DNA from: Deltaproteobacteria bacterium | Lineage (GTDB): Bacteria > Myxococcota_A > UBA796 > JAFGLY01 | Assembly (NCBI GenBank): GCA_016927815.1 | Contig: JAFGLY010000169.1 | Coordinates: 1 to 29,815, forward strand | Direction of reading: 5' to 3' | Length of the DNA: 29,815 nt | The notes under the pieces: model-generated | The model's input: only the letters and a program-made list of their open reading frames with translations | Database searches by the model: none | Told to the model about the DNA's origin: nothing | Shown: positions 17,831-25,629 of the stretch, piece by piece | Position numbering within the stretch: position 1 is the first letter of the stretch | Layout: the number at the start of each line of letters is the position of its first letter | Made by a program: the position numbers and the translations under genes

Positions 17831-18230
17831 CCTCGGCGTCCGTGACCACACCGATTTCCTTCGCGCCTCCCAGCCGGCACTGATCGACGACCTCGACGAG
17901 CTTTTCGGCCGTGACCCGCCGGTCGCTGACCACGAGCACCGTCTTGTCGCCGCTCCGGGAGAGCGCATCGCGGACCCGGCTCTGGACCATCCAGGGCCGG
18001 ACGGGCGTCTCGTCGATGTAGACCGCGGCGGACCGGTCGATGAACACCCGGAGCGCCCGGGTGTTTGCCGGCGAGGCGCTCTGGGCGCCCGGGCGCTCGA
18101 TCTGCAGTTCGGCATCCTTGGCAAAGGTCGTGGTGACCATGAAGAAGATGAGCAGCACGAGGATGCAGTCGATGAGGGGCACCACGTCGATGTGTGGGTC
18201 GCTGTGGGGGGCGTGCTGTCGCCGGCTCAT
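17823..18230 (-). CDS. exbD: ExbD/TolR biopolymer transport protein
   Basis: 135 aa, MSRRQHA…IDVVPLIDCILVLLIFFMVTTTF (single TM). Periplasmic domain carries the ExbD signature (LRVFIDRSAAVYIDETPV). ATGA overlap with the upstream exbB stop. Coordinates are taken from ORF-frame arithmetic. Confidence 0.8.
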   Translation of the reverse strand: MSRRQHAPHSDPHIDVVPLIDCILVLLIFFMVTTTFAKDAELQIERPGAQSASPANTRALRVFIDRSAAVYIDETPVRPWMVQSRVRDALSRSGDKTVLVVSDRRVTAEKLVEVVDQCRLGGAKEIGVVTDAEDG

Positions 18231-18835
18231 GCGGGCACCCGCTTCAGGCTGCCCGAGTAGATGGCCTTCAACTCCTCGAGCTCCAGGCTGAGCTTCTGCT
18301 CGAAATGGTGGAGGACGCCGCCCATCAGCAGACCCGGCACGGCGATCGCGAGGCCCATCTGGGTTGCGTACAGGGCCTCGACGATGCCTCCGGCGATGCC
18401 CTCCGAGGCGGTGGAGGTCATGGACTGTCCCAACGAGCCGAAGGTCTCGATGAGCCCGGTCACCGTGCCGAGCAGGCCGAGCAAAGGCGACATGGCCACC
18501 AGGCATTTCACGAGCATCGTCCCGCGCTGGAGGCTCTCCTCGAGGTCGGCGAAGGCCTCGTCCAGGAAGGGACGGGGAACCGGGCCGCCGAATCGCCGCC
18601 AGAGGGCTGCGCCCCGGCTTGCCGCCTCTCCGATGACGCCCTGGGCACGCCCCTCCGGCCTGACCCGCCATGCAGCCACCAGGGTCCTCAGGTCGCGCCG
18701 ATCCCCCCGCCGGAGCACGAGCAAGCGCTCCCCGAGGGCGAACCAGAGCACGAAGGCGGTGGTGAAGAGGGCGGGCATGACGACGCCTCCCCCCTGCCAG
18801 AGGTCGTAGACCTGGAGCAGGAGGGAATCACTCAT
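18227..18835 (-). CDS. exbB: MotA/TolQ/ExbB proton-channel protein
   Basis: 202 aa, three TM segments with the MotA_ExbB motif (MSPLLGLLGTVTGLIETFGSL…GIAGGIVEALYATQMGLAIAVPG). The start ATGAGTGA overlaps the stop of the upstream long ExbB-like gene. Confidence 0.8.
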   Translation of the reverse strand: MSDSLLLQVYDLWQGGGVVMPALFTTAFVLWFALGERLLVLRRGDRRDLRTLVAAWRVRPEGRAQGVIGEAASRGAALWRRFGGPVPRPFLDEAFADLEESLQRGTMLVKCLVAMSPLLGLLGTVTGLIETFGSLGQSMTSTASEGIAGGIVEALYATQMGLAIAVPGLLMGGVLHHFEQKLSLELEELKAIYSGSLKRVPA

Positions 18836-20174
18836 TCGCCACCAGGAGCCGTTCGACGGGGTCCTCGTACGCGCATTCCTGTTCGGACCGCTGGAGGTCG
18901 AATGCGTTGACCAGGGCCAACGCCCCGCGTTCGACGGTGTTCTTCACGGAACTGCCGACGCTGGCCAGGAGGTTCCCGACGAGCAGGGTGGGGATGGCCA
19001 CCGCAAGACCCATGGCCGTGCAGACCAACGCCTCTGCGATGCCGGCCGACATCAGCTTCGGATTTCCGGTTCCGTGCTCGGTGATGACGTTGAAGGTCGC
19101 GATCATGCCGGTGACGGTACCGAGCAGCCCCAGCAGGGGAGCGCCGGCCGTGATGACCACCAGGGCCGAGGCGAAGCGGTCGATAAGCGGCGTCTCGCGG
19201 AGGATGGCCTCGTCCACCACGCGATCCAGCTCCTCTCGGGAACGGTGTGCGTTCTCGAAGACCGCCTTCAGCACCCGAGGGATCGATCCGCCCCGCTTCC
19301 GGAGAAGGCTCAGGGCCTCCTCGAGCCGGTCGGCCCGAACCCGTTCGGTGACGGCGTTCACGAGCGGCATGCCGCCGCGCCTCGCGAGCGCGAGCGTGCC
19401 GGCCCGCGAGAGCGCGAGAAGGGCGCTCAAGCAGCCGAGCCCGAACAGCACGTACCCCATGGCGCCCGCATCCTCGAGCACCGAGCCGAGCCCCGTCTCC
19501 TTCTCCTTTTCGATGGTCAGGCGGTCCGGCTCGAAGAGGTGGACCTCCAGATCCGCGGGTCGCTCCCCGGCGGCGAGCGCCGCGGCCGTCGCCTGGCCGA
19601 ACCTCCTTCGGAGCTGGAGCTTTCCCTCGGCCACCGGGGCCAGCGCACCCGATCCCTCATCGGATACGCCCCAGGCGGCGACCCGGCCCCAACGGAAGAT
19701 CCGTCCCTGGACCTGCTGGCCCTCGGGAAGGAAGAAGGCCCCCTCCTCCGAGCGGATCGCGCCCGTCTCGGCCAGGCGCTCGGCCGAGGCGCGGAAGATG
19801 AGCGGGATGGCCGTGGTGGGGTCGTCGAGCGGGTCGAGGTCGAGCGTGTCTTCCGCCTGCTGGAGGGTGGACGAGAGCACGGAGTTGGCGTCGTCCATCT
19901 CCCCGAGTTCGCGATCCACGATGTCGCGCTCGTCCTCGGCGAGGTCGGCCTCGTGGGCCGTGGAGACGAGCTTCGCCTGGACGGTTTCCAGACGAGCGTT
20001 CGCCTGGGCCACGCGCTGGGCGGCCTCCCCGCTCATCTCCTGGAGCCGCTCCTCGAGCTCCCGCTTCTCCGCGCTCAGGTAGGCGAACTCCTTCTGATAG
20101 GCGGCGTCCAGGCTGGACGCCATGGCCCCTGGGTCGGTGGCCAGGGCTGCGCCGAGGAGACAAAACAGGATCAT
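18828..20174 (-). CDS. Long MotA/TolQ/ExbB-family protein with about 230-aa N-terminal periplasmic coiled-coil extension (TtpC-like)
   Basis: ATG at 20172-20174, signal peptide MILFCLLGAALA. The N-terminal half is a Glu/Arg/Ala-rich coiled coil. The C-terminal half holds three TMs and the MotA_ExbB channel motif (APLLGLLGTVTGMIATFNVI…GIAEALVCTAMGLAVAIPT). This architecture equals TtpC of Vibrio TonB2 systems. Confidence 0.75.
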   Translation of the reverse strand: MILFCLLGAALATDPGAMASSLDAAYQKEFAYLSAEKRELEERLQEMSGEAAQRVAQANARLETVQAKLVSTAHEADLAEDERDIVDRELGEMDDANSVLSSTLQQAEDTLDLDPLDDPTTAIPLIFRASAERLAETGAIRSEEGAFFLPEGQQVQGRIFRWGRVAAWGVSDEGSGALAPVAEGKLQLRRRFGQATAAALAAGERPADLEVHLFEPDRLTIEKEKETGLGSVLEDAGAMGYVLFGLGCLSALLALSRAGTLALARRGGMPLVNAVTERVRADRLEEALSLLRKRGGSIPRVLKAVFENAHRSREELDRVVDEAILRETPLIDRFASALVVITAGAPLLGLLGTVTGMIATFNVITEHGTGNPKLMSAGIAEALVCTAMGLAVAIPTLLVGNLLASVGSSVKNTVERGALALVNAFDLQRSEQECAYEDPVERLLVANE

Positions 20175-20926
20175 GACCCAGCTCCCGGGTCGGGGAGCGT
20201 GAAGTCCCCGCTGCGCACGCCGTGCGCGACCTTGTTGAAGAAGCTCTCGACCGCCCTCTGGTCTTCACGCAAAGTCAGCGCCTTCCACGTCCAACCCTCG
20301 GCCGAGCGCACCGCCGTCCCGTACAGGCCGCCGTCCGTCCGGAAATACAGCGCCACCATGCCGAGTCGAGCCACGTCGGCCAGCACCTCCTGCCCGTCCA
20401 GCGGCACGATCTGTCGATCCAGGCCGTTCTCGCGGGTGAGGCGGAGCTCGTCCTCGGTGAACGCCCAGAGACGTGCCGTCGCGCCCTCCGGGGAGATCAG
20501 GCCCGAGGCGAGCTGGTCCTGGATCCTGTCCAGCTCCGCCTGCCGCTCGGCCAGGTGGAAGGGCAGGCTGAAGTCCACGGCGGTCCGGATCCGCCGGATG
20601 GACTCCAGGAGGGCCGGGGTGAGCGTCTCACCGCGCGTGCTCGAGCGGGCCAGCTCCGCCCGACTGGCGTCCACCTCGCCCCGGACCTGGGAGAGCCTGA
20701 GCTCCTCACGCCGGAGCTGGACCTCCACCTCCATCACCTGCGCCTCGACGGCCTTGATCCTGGCCCTCGTGTCCTCCTTGGAGGCTGCGATCTCGCTGGA
20801 CAGCGTCTCCACCTCGCGGCGGAGGCGCGCCAGCTCGGAAGCGCGGTGACCCGCGGCCTCCTCTGCGAACGCGCCGGCTGGCAGGCAAAGCAGGAGGACC
20901 AGGACGAATCCTCTCCGGGGGCTCAT
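20171..20926 (-). CDS. DUF3450-like periplasmic coiled-coil protein (TtpB-like, TonB-system associated)
   Basis: ATG at 20924-20926, signal peptide MSPRRGFVLVLLLCLPAGAFA. A coiled-coil N-terminal half is followed by a conserved C-terminal block (LPFHLAERQAELDRIQDQL…VALYFRTDGG.YG). The 4-nt overlap with the downstream TtpC-like start and the position match DUF3450/TtpB genes of TonB2-type clusters. Confidence 0.6.
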   Translation of the reverse strand: MSPRRGFVLVLLLCLPAGAFAEEAAGHRASELARLRREVETLSSEIAASKEDTRARIKAVEAQVMEVEVQLRREELRLSQVRGEVDASRAELARSSTRGETLTPALLESIRRIRTAVDFSLPFHLAERQAELDRIQDQLASGLISPEGATARLWAFTEDELRLTRENGLDRQIVPLDGQEVLADVARLGMVALYFRTDGGLYGTAVRSAEGWTWKALTLREDQRAVESFFNKVAHGVRSGDFTLPDPGAGS

Positions 20927-20929
20927 GGA

Positions 20930-22267
20930 TCAGTCTTCGTCGTGGTGGGTCCAGCCGGCCGTCCAGTCGTTGGTCGCGTCAAACGCGCCCTTGTAGCTGA
21001 CCTGCTGGAAGAAGCTGTCCGAGGGGGCCTCGCCGCCGGTGGCGAGCACGGATCCGGACTTGAGCCGGAAGTCGGGCGCCGAGGGGTTCAGCGGGTCGAC
21101 CAGGCCCAGGTCGGGGGCGATCGAGTTGCCCTCGCCGCCCGTGAAGATGGGCTCCTCGTCCGTATCTTCGAAGGCACTGGCGCAGGCCAGCACCGAGTGG
21201 GTGATCCAGGCGTCCCCGCTCGTGAACCCGGAGAGGGTCTCGCTGTCGCGGAGGGACAGGCACGCCTTGGAGAAGTCCATCACCGCCAGGTTCTGGAGCT
21301 TCGGCTGCGTGCCCTTGCGGATGAGCATGCCGAAGTTGTCCTCCTTGAGCGCCTCGTCGCCCACGAGGGTGACGTTGACGATCGTCGGGGTGGTGAGGGG
21401 CTCGGCCGCGTAGTCGTCCGGGTTGTTGTCGCCCTCGAAGCCGTTGTTGCCCCCGCCGAGGATCTGCTGGACCACGGCGAACTGGATCTTGCCCTGGTAC
21501 CCGAGGTCCCAGTCGATCCCGTCGTCGCCGGGGGAGGTGCAGACCAGGTGCGTGGCGTTGACCGCCCCGCCCCAGAACTCGATGCAGTCGTCGAGGGTGT
21601 TGTGGACCTGGATGTAGTCGAGGGTGGTGCCGCTGCCCACGCCCTGCAGCCCGAGGCCGTTGACCTCGTTGGCCTTGCTGATCTCCGTGCCGCCGAACTC
21701 GATGACGACGTACTTCAAGGAGCCGCTGTCGTCGGCGTTGTCACTGCCGCCGTAGGTCCCGGTACCGCCCTCGCCCTCCGCCTCGCAGGGGGTGCTGCCA
21801 TCGGTGCAGGCGTTGATCTTCCCCAAACCGTTGATCACGAGGCCGCCCCAGTCTCCGCGCGCTCGCGAACCGACGGGCTGGTCGGAGGTGAAGACGATGG
21901 GCGCCGAGACGGTTCCCTCGGCGACGATGTTCGCGTGCCTGCTGATGATGAGCAGGCCGTTGGTGGCGGACTCACCGTAGATCCGGGTGCCCGGCTGGAT
22001 CCTCAGGGTCGTCTCGTTGACGTCGTCCCCGATGATCACGGCGCTGCGCAGCAGCCACGCCTTGTCGGAGGTGAGGACCATGTCCTCGGTGTAGGTGCCG
22101 GAGAGCACGCAGGCGCCACCCTCCTCGACGCAGTCCGCTACATTGCCGGTGTCGTCCAGGGTGTTGGTGTCGTCGGGAGTGTTGCTGTCGTGGGTGTCGC
22201 CCGTCTCCTCCCCGCCGTTGCACGCGACGAGGGGAACAAGGGCCAGAATTGCGATCAGATTGCGCAT
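20930..22267 (-). CDS. Lipoprotein, Asp/Asn/Gly/Thr-rich, predicted right-handed beta-helix-like fold; first gene of the TonB2-type operon
   Basis: ATG at 22265-22267 with GGAG about 6 nt upstream. Lipoprotein signal MRNLIAILALVPLVAC (lipobox LVAC). The mature protein is highly acidic and G/N/T-rich, with repeated short beta-strand motifs (GLLIISRHANIV, GGLVINGLGKI, KYVVIEFGG, GIDWDLGYQGKIQFAVV, PTIVNVTLVG) suggesting a parallel beta-helix. The stop lies 3 nt before the DUF3450 start. Confidence 0.7.
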   Translation of the reverse strand: MRNLIAILALVPLVACNGGEETGDTHDSNTPDDTNTLDDTGNVADCVEEGGACVLSGTYTEDMVLTSDKAWLLRSAVIIGDDVNETTLRIQPGTRIYGESATNGLLIISRHANIVAEGTVSAPIVFTSDQPVGSRARGDWGGLVINGLGKINACTDGSTPCEAEGEGGTGTYGGSDNADDSGSLKYVVIEFGGTEISKANEVNGLGLQGVGSGTTLDYIQVHNTLDDCIEFWGGAVNATHLVCTSPGDDGIDWDLGYQGKIQFAVVQQILGGGNNGFEGDNNPDDYAAEPLTTPTIVNVTLVGDEALKEDNFGMLIRKGTQPKLQNLAVMDFSKACLSLRDSETLSGFTSGDAWITHSVLACASAFEDTDEEPIFTGGEGNSIAPDLGLVDPLNPSAPDFRLKSGSVLATGGEAPSDSFFQQVSYKGAFDATNDWTAGWTHHDED

Positions 22268-22472
22268 GTTCGCTCCTGGTTGGAGGGGAAGGGATGGCTG
22301 TGGCCACCCGGTGTCGAGCGCCCAGGAGTCTACGGTCCCTGTTTGGCGGGACAGTGACGCCACGGCGGCGGGAGGATGGAGATTCGGGGGCATCCCAGGA
22401 CTTGCCGATTACCCCGATAGTGCCACTCACTTGGCCCGATCCTGTCTCATCCGGGGGATACCGTGGGCCCCT

Positions 22473-23177
22473 ATGGACGAAGCCATCCTCATCGTGGACG
22501 ACGAACCCGATCTGGTCGCCGCGCTGGACTATTCCCTGCGCCGCGAGGGGTTCGTCACGCGGACCGCAGCCTCCGGGCACGCGGCTTTGGAGGCCGTCGC
22601 GCTGGAGCCGCGTCCCGTCCTGGTGCTGCTCGACTGGATGCTGCCGGACCTCCCTGGGACCGAGGTGTTCCGGCGTCTCCGCAACGACCCCTCCACCGCG
22701 TCGATCCCCGTGGTGATGGTGACGGCCCGGGGGGAGGAGGTGGATCGGATCGTGGGTCTGGAGCTCGGGGCCGAAGACTACATCGTCAAGCCCTTCAGCA
22801 TCCGTGAGTTGGTGCTCCGGGTCCGCGCGGTGCTCAGACGGTCCAGGGTCGCCGGGCCCGACACGCCGTCTCCTCCGGACCGGATGGTCTCGGGCGCCCT
22901 CGTGGTGCACCGCGAGGCGCACCGGGCCTGGGTCGACGGCTCCGAGATCGACCTGACCGCCCAGGAGTTCCGCCTGCTCCTCGTGTTCCTGGACCACGCC
23001 GGACGAGCCCTGACACGCGAGCAGATCCTCGCGGACGCTTGGGAGGACGGAGTCAGCATCACCGAGCGTGCGGTGGATACCCACATCAAGCGACTGCGCC
23101 GCAAGCTCGGCACGTCGGGCGCGCGGATCGAGGCGATCCGCGGCGTCGGCTACCGTTTCTCGGCCAACGTCGAGTAG
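22473..23177 (+). CDS. OmpR/PhoB-family two-component response regulator (no cognate kinase nearby)
   Basis: ATG at 22473 (MDEAILIVDDEPDLV…). Receiver domain with phospho-acceptor context VLLDWMLPD and conserved T/K (VVMVTARG…YIVKPF). C-terminal winged-helix Trans_reg_C (LTAQEFRLLLVFLDHAGRALTREQIL…VDTHIKRLRRKL…VGYRF). Confidence 0.85.
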   Translation: MDEAILIVDDEPDLVAALDYSLRREGFVTRTAASGHAALEAVALEPRPVLVLLDWMLPDLPGTEVFRRLRNDPSTASIPVVMVTARGEEVDRIVGLELGAEDYIVKPFSIRELVLRVRAVLRRSRVAGPDTPSPPDRMVSGALVVHREAHRAWVDGSEIDLTAQEFRLLLVFLDHAGRALTREQILADAWEDGVSITERAVDTHIKRLRRKLGTSGARIEAIRGVGYRFSANVE

Positions 23178-23317
23178 GCCCGCCCCCCAGGCCGCCTCGC
23201 GGCGGGGTCCGCAAGACCTCCGGGGCCGCAGGGGTACGTGATCCCCGCGATTGCACGGAAGGACCGTCCTGGGGTACGTACGGTGTCCCGGCCATACACT
23301 CTCGAAGGCACCGCGGC

Positions 23318-24733
23318 ATGATCGTCACCTGCGAGCGATGCAACGCTCGGTACAAGCTCGACGACTCCCGGATCAAGGGCCGGGGTGCCCGGATCACCTG
23401 TCCGAGGTGCCACCACGTCTTCACGATCCTCGTCGATCCACCGGCGGAGAGGGCCGCTGAGCCCGCGCCCGATCCTGGGGTCGAGCCGGGGCCGCCCGAG
23501 GGCGGGAGCGGGCAGCACCTGCGTCCGTTGCAGGCCGCCCGGCTCGAGGTGCCCCAGGGGTCCGCCGATCGGCTCGACTTTCGGAAGGTGGGCATCGCCA
23601 CCTGGAAGGTCAAGGTCAAGAGCGGTCTCGTCTACGACTTCTCCGACATCCGGACGCTCCGGAAGTACATCCAGGATCACCGCGTCACCGAGGACGACGT
23701 CATCTCCTGGGACGGCCTCCGGTGGACGCGGATCGGCGACATCCCGAACCTGGACGCGTTCTTCCTGCAGGTCTACGAGGAGCGCGTGCCGGTCCCCGGG
23801 CCCGCTCTGGCGCAGGAGGAGGCCGAGGACGCCCCCACCATCGTCGTGGGCATGGGGACGCTCGGCTACAACCGCCCCACGGGAGTCTTCGAGCGGCCCG
23901 ACCTCGCATCCGACGCCTCGCTGGCGGAGGCGTCCGAACCGTCCTCCCCCGGCGACGCGCACATCCCCCGCTTCGTGGATCCCTTCGAGGCTCTCAAGAA
24001 GTCGCGTCTGAAAGCCAAGGGGCGAAGCAGTCCCGTGCAGGACCCCGGGACGGTACGGGGCGGCTGGCGCGTGCGCACGGCCTTCGTGGCCGGCCTGGCC
24101 GTGGTCACCCTCCTCGCGGTCGCCTGGTTCATCGGCTCCCGGCCCGCACCCGAAGCGCCCGCACGACCCGTGGCCACGACCCCCGCCCTTCCGGATGCCA
24201 GCGACTTTCGAGCGCAGATGCGGGATCGGATCGAGCAGCAACTGGAGCAGCGGGACCCGCTCCCACTCGAGCCCGAGCCCGAGGAAGCCCTCCGCCCGGT
24301 CGTACCCCCCGATGCGGCCCTCCGGCGGGGGACCTCCCCGGCCCTGACCTTGTCCCCGCCGAGCATCGCTCCTCCCTCGCCGGCCTCCGTGGCTGATCTC
24401 GCGGCCCGAGGTGACGCGTTGCGGGAGGCGGGCGACTGGGCCGCCGCGACGGACACCTACGCCCGTGCCGCGGCCCTGGATCCGGGCAATGCCGGGTACC
24501 GCTTCCGGTACGGAGAGGGGCTGGTCCACTCGGGTCGGCCGGCCGAGGCGCGGCAGGTGCTCGAGGCCGCCTCCCTGGCGGGCGTGGCGGCCGCGCACAA
24601 GCTCCTCGGCGACCTGGCCCGAGACCGGCAGGACGTCCAGGACGCCGTGACCCACTACCAGGAGTACCTGAAGAGCGAGCCTCCGGATCGGGCCGCGATC
24701 GAGCAGGTGCTTCGGGATCTTTCGGACGACTGA
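23318..24733 (+). CDS. MJ0042-type zinc-ribbon / DUF4339-like / single-TM / TPR multidomain protein
   Basis: ATG at 23318: MIVTCERCNARYKLDDSRIKGRGARITCPRCHHVF is the MJ0042-family zinc-finger signature. Next comes a DUF4339/GYF-like module (WKVKVKSGLVYDFSDIRTLRKYIQDHRVTEDDVISWDGLRWTRIGDIP), a Pro/Ala-rich linker, one TM helix (AFVAGLAVVTLLAVAWFIG), and a C-terminal TPR-like region (ALREAGDWAAATDTYARAAALDPGNAGYRFRYGEGL…). Confidence 0.7.
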   Translation: MIVTCERCNARYKLDDSRIKGRGARITCPRCHHVFTILVDPPAERAAEPAPDPGVEPGPPEGGSGQHLRPLQAARLEVPQGSADRLDFRKVGIATWKVKVKSGLVYDFSDIRTLRKYIQDHRVTEDDVISWDGLRWTRIGDIPNLDAFFLQVYEERVPVPGPALAQEEAEDAPTIVVGMGTLGYNRPTGVFERPDLASDASLAEASEPSSPGDAHIPRFVDPFEALKKSRLKAKGRSSPVQDPGTVRGGWRVRTAFVAGLAVVTLLAVAWFIGSRPAPEAPARPVATTPALPDASDFRAQMRDRIEQQLEQRDPLPLEPEPEEALRPVVPPDAALRRGTSPALTLSPPSIAPPSPASVADLAARGDALREAGDWAAATDTYARAAALDPGNAGYRFRYGEGLVHSGRPAEARQVLEAASLAGVAAAHKLLGDLARDRQDVQDAVTHYQEYLKSEPPDRAAIEQVLRDLSDD

Positions 24734-25251
24734 TGGACACCGTCTGCCCCGCGTGCCGCCGCGCCGGGCGCCCGCCCGTGCTCGAGATCCTGCTTTCTCC
24801 CGGCCGCTGCCGGAGCTGCGGCGCCCTCCTCCCCCCGGTGCCCGCCGAGGACGTGACCGAGGAGGGCACCCTGCCCCCGGTGCCCCCGTTCTCCACGGGA
24901 GGCGCCTGGATGCTGCGCTGCCAGGGACGCACCTGGCGCATCGCCAGCGACGAGGTCCTCCGGCGGTGGATCGTGGACCGGCGCGTGTCGGCCGGCGACC
25001 TGGTCTCCCTGGACGGCGTACGCTGGGAGCCGGTGGAGCGGCAGCCCGCGCTCCGGGACCTCCTCGCCGTGGTCGCGCGCCTCGGCGGATCCCACGCCAC
25101 CCGGCCGGCCGGCCTGAAAGAAGCTTCCACCCCCGAGACCGGCTGGACGACGGCCGTGGAGCCGGAGGGCGCCCAGCCGCCGCCCCGGTCCCAGATGGCC
25201 CCCCGCACAGGAGATCACCATGGCCGAGGACGAGTACTTCGCCAAGATTGA
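24733..25251 (+). CDS. Small zinc-ribbon (CxxC…CxxC) plus DUF4339-like domain protein
   Basis: ATG at 24733 overlaps the TGA of the preceding gene (TGATG). N-terminus CPACRR…CRSC (Cys4 ribbon), then WMLRCQGRTWRIASDEVLRRWIVDRRVSAGDLVSLDGVRWEPVERQPALRDLL, which matches the DUF4339 pattern. The C-terminal 40 aa are low-complexity and overlap the next gene by 32 nt; the true extent is uncertain. Confidence 0.5.
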   Translation: MDTVCPACRRAGRPPVLEILLSPGRCRSCGALLPPVPAEDVTEEGTLPPVPPFSTGGAWMLRCQGRTWRIASDEVLRRWIVDRRVSAGDLVSLDGVRWEPVERQPALRDLLAVVARLGGSHATRPAGLKEASTPETGWTTAVEPEGAQPPPRSQMAPRTGDHHGRGRVLRQD

Positions 25252-25519
25252 AGCCGAGAAGAAGGCTCGGCTCGCAGCCGACCTGAAGGCTCAGAAGGAC
25301 CGCACCGCCCTGGAGGAGCGCAAGGCACTCCACTGGCTCAGGTGCGGCAAGTGCGGCGCCGTGATGACCACCCGCATCTTCCGCGGCGTGGAGATCGAGG
25401 TCTGCCCGGAGTGCGGGGCGGTCCTGCTCGACCGGGGAGAACTGGAAGCCCTCTCCGGCAGGGACCGCAGCGGCTTCTTCGAGGCGCTCTCCGGCCTGTT
25501 CGGCCGGGAGTCTCCCTGA
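25220..25519 (+). CDS. zf-TFIIB-like zinc-ribbon domain protein (about 99 aa)
   Basis: ATG at 25220 with AGGAG 6 nt upstream. MAEDEYFAKIEAEKKARL… then CGKCGAVM…FRGVEIEVCPECGAVLLDRGELEAL, the PF13453-type (transcription-factor zinc-finger) pattern. Confidence 0.65.
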   Translation: MAEDEYFAKIEAEKKARLAADLKAQKDRTALEERKALHWLRCGKCGAVMTTRIFRGVEIEVCPECGAVLLDRGELEALSGRDRSGFFEALSGLFGRESP

Positions 25520-25629
25520 ACAGGTTCGTCCATGGGTCTGGGGGCGTTTCGGGCGCTGCGGATCCGAACCGGGAAGACCCGGAACCGTCCCCGGCTGACA
25601 GCTGACAGCCTCGACGGTCGGGCGCCGAA

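Noticed and set aside
25520-25629. Possible bidirectional terminator between the convergent zf-TFIIB and GspE genes
   Set aside because: Small hairpins exist (ccggg-aaga-cccgg near 25572-25585; ggctg-acagctga-cagcc with a tgacagc tandem 7-mer). Their stems are only 5 bp and there is no T-tract, so I could not support a specific terminator call.
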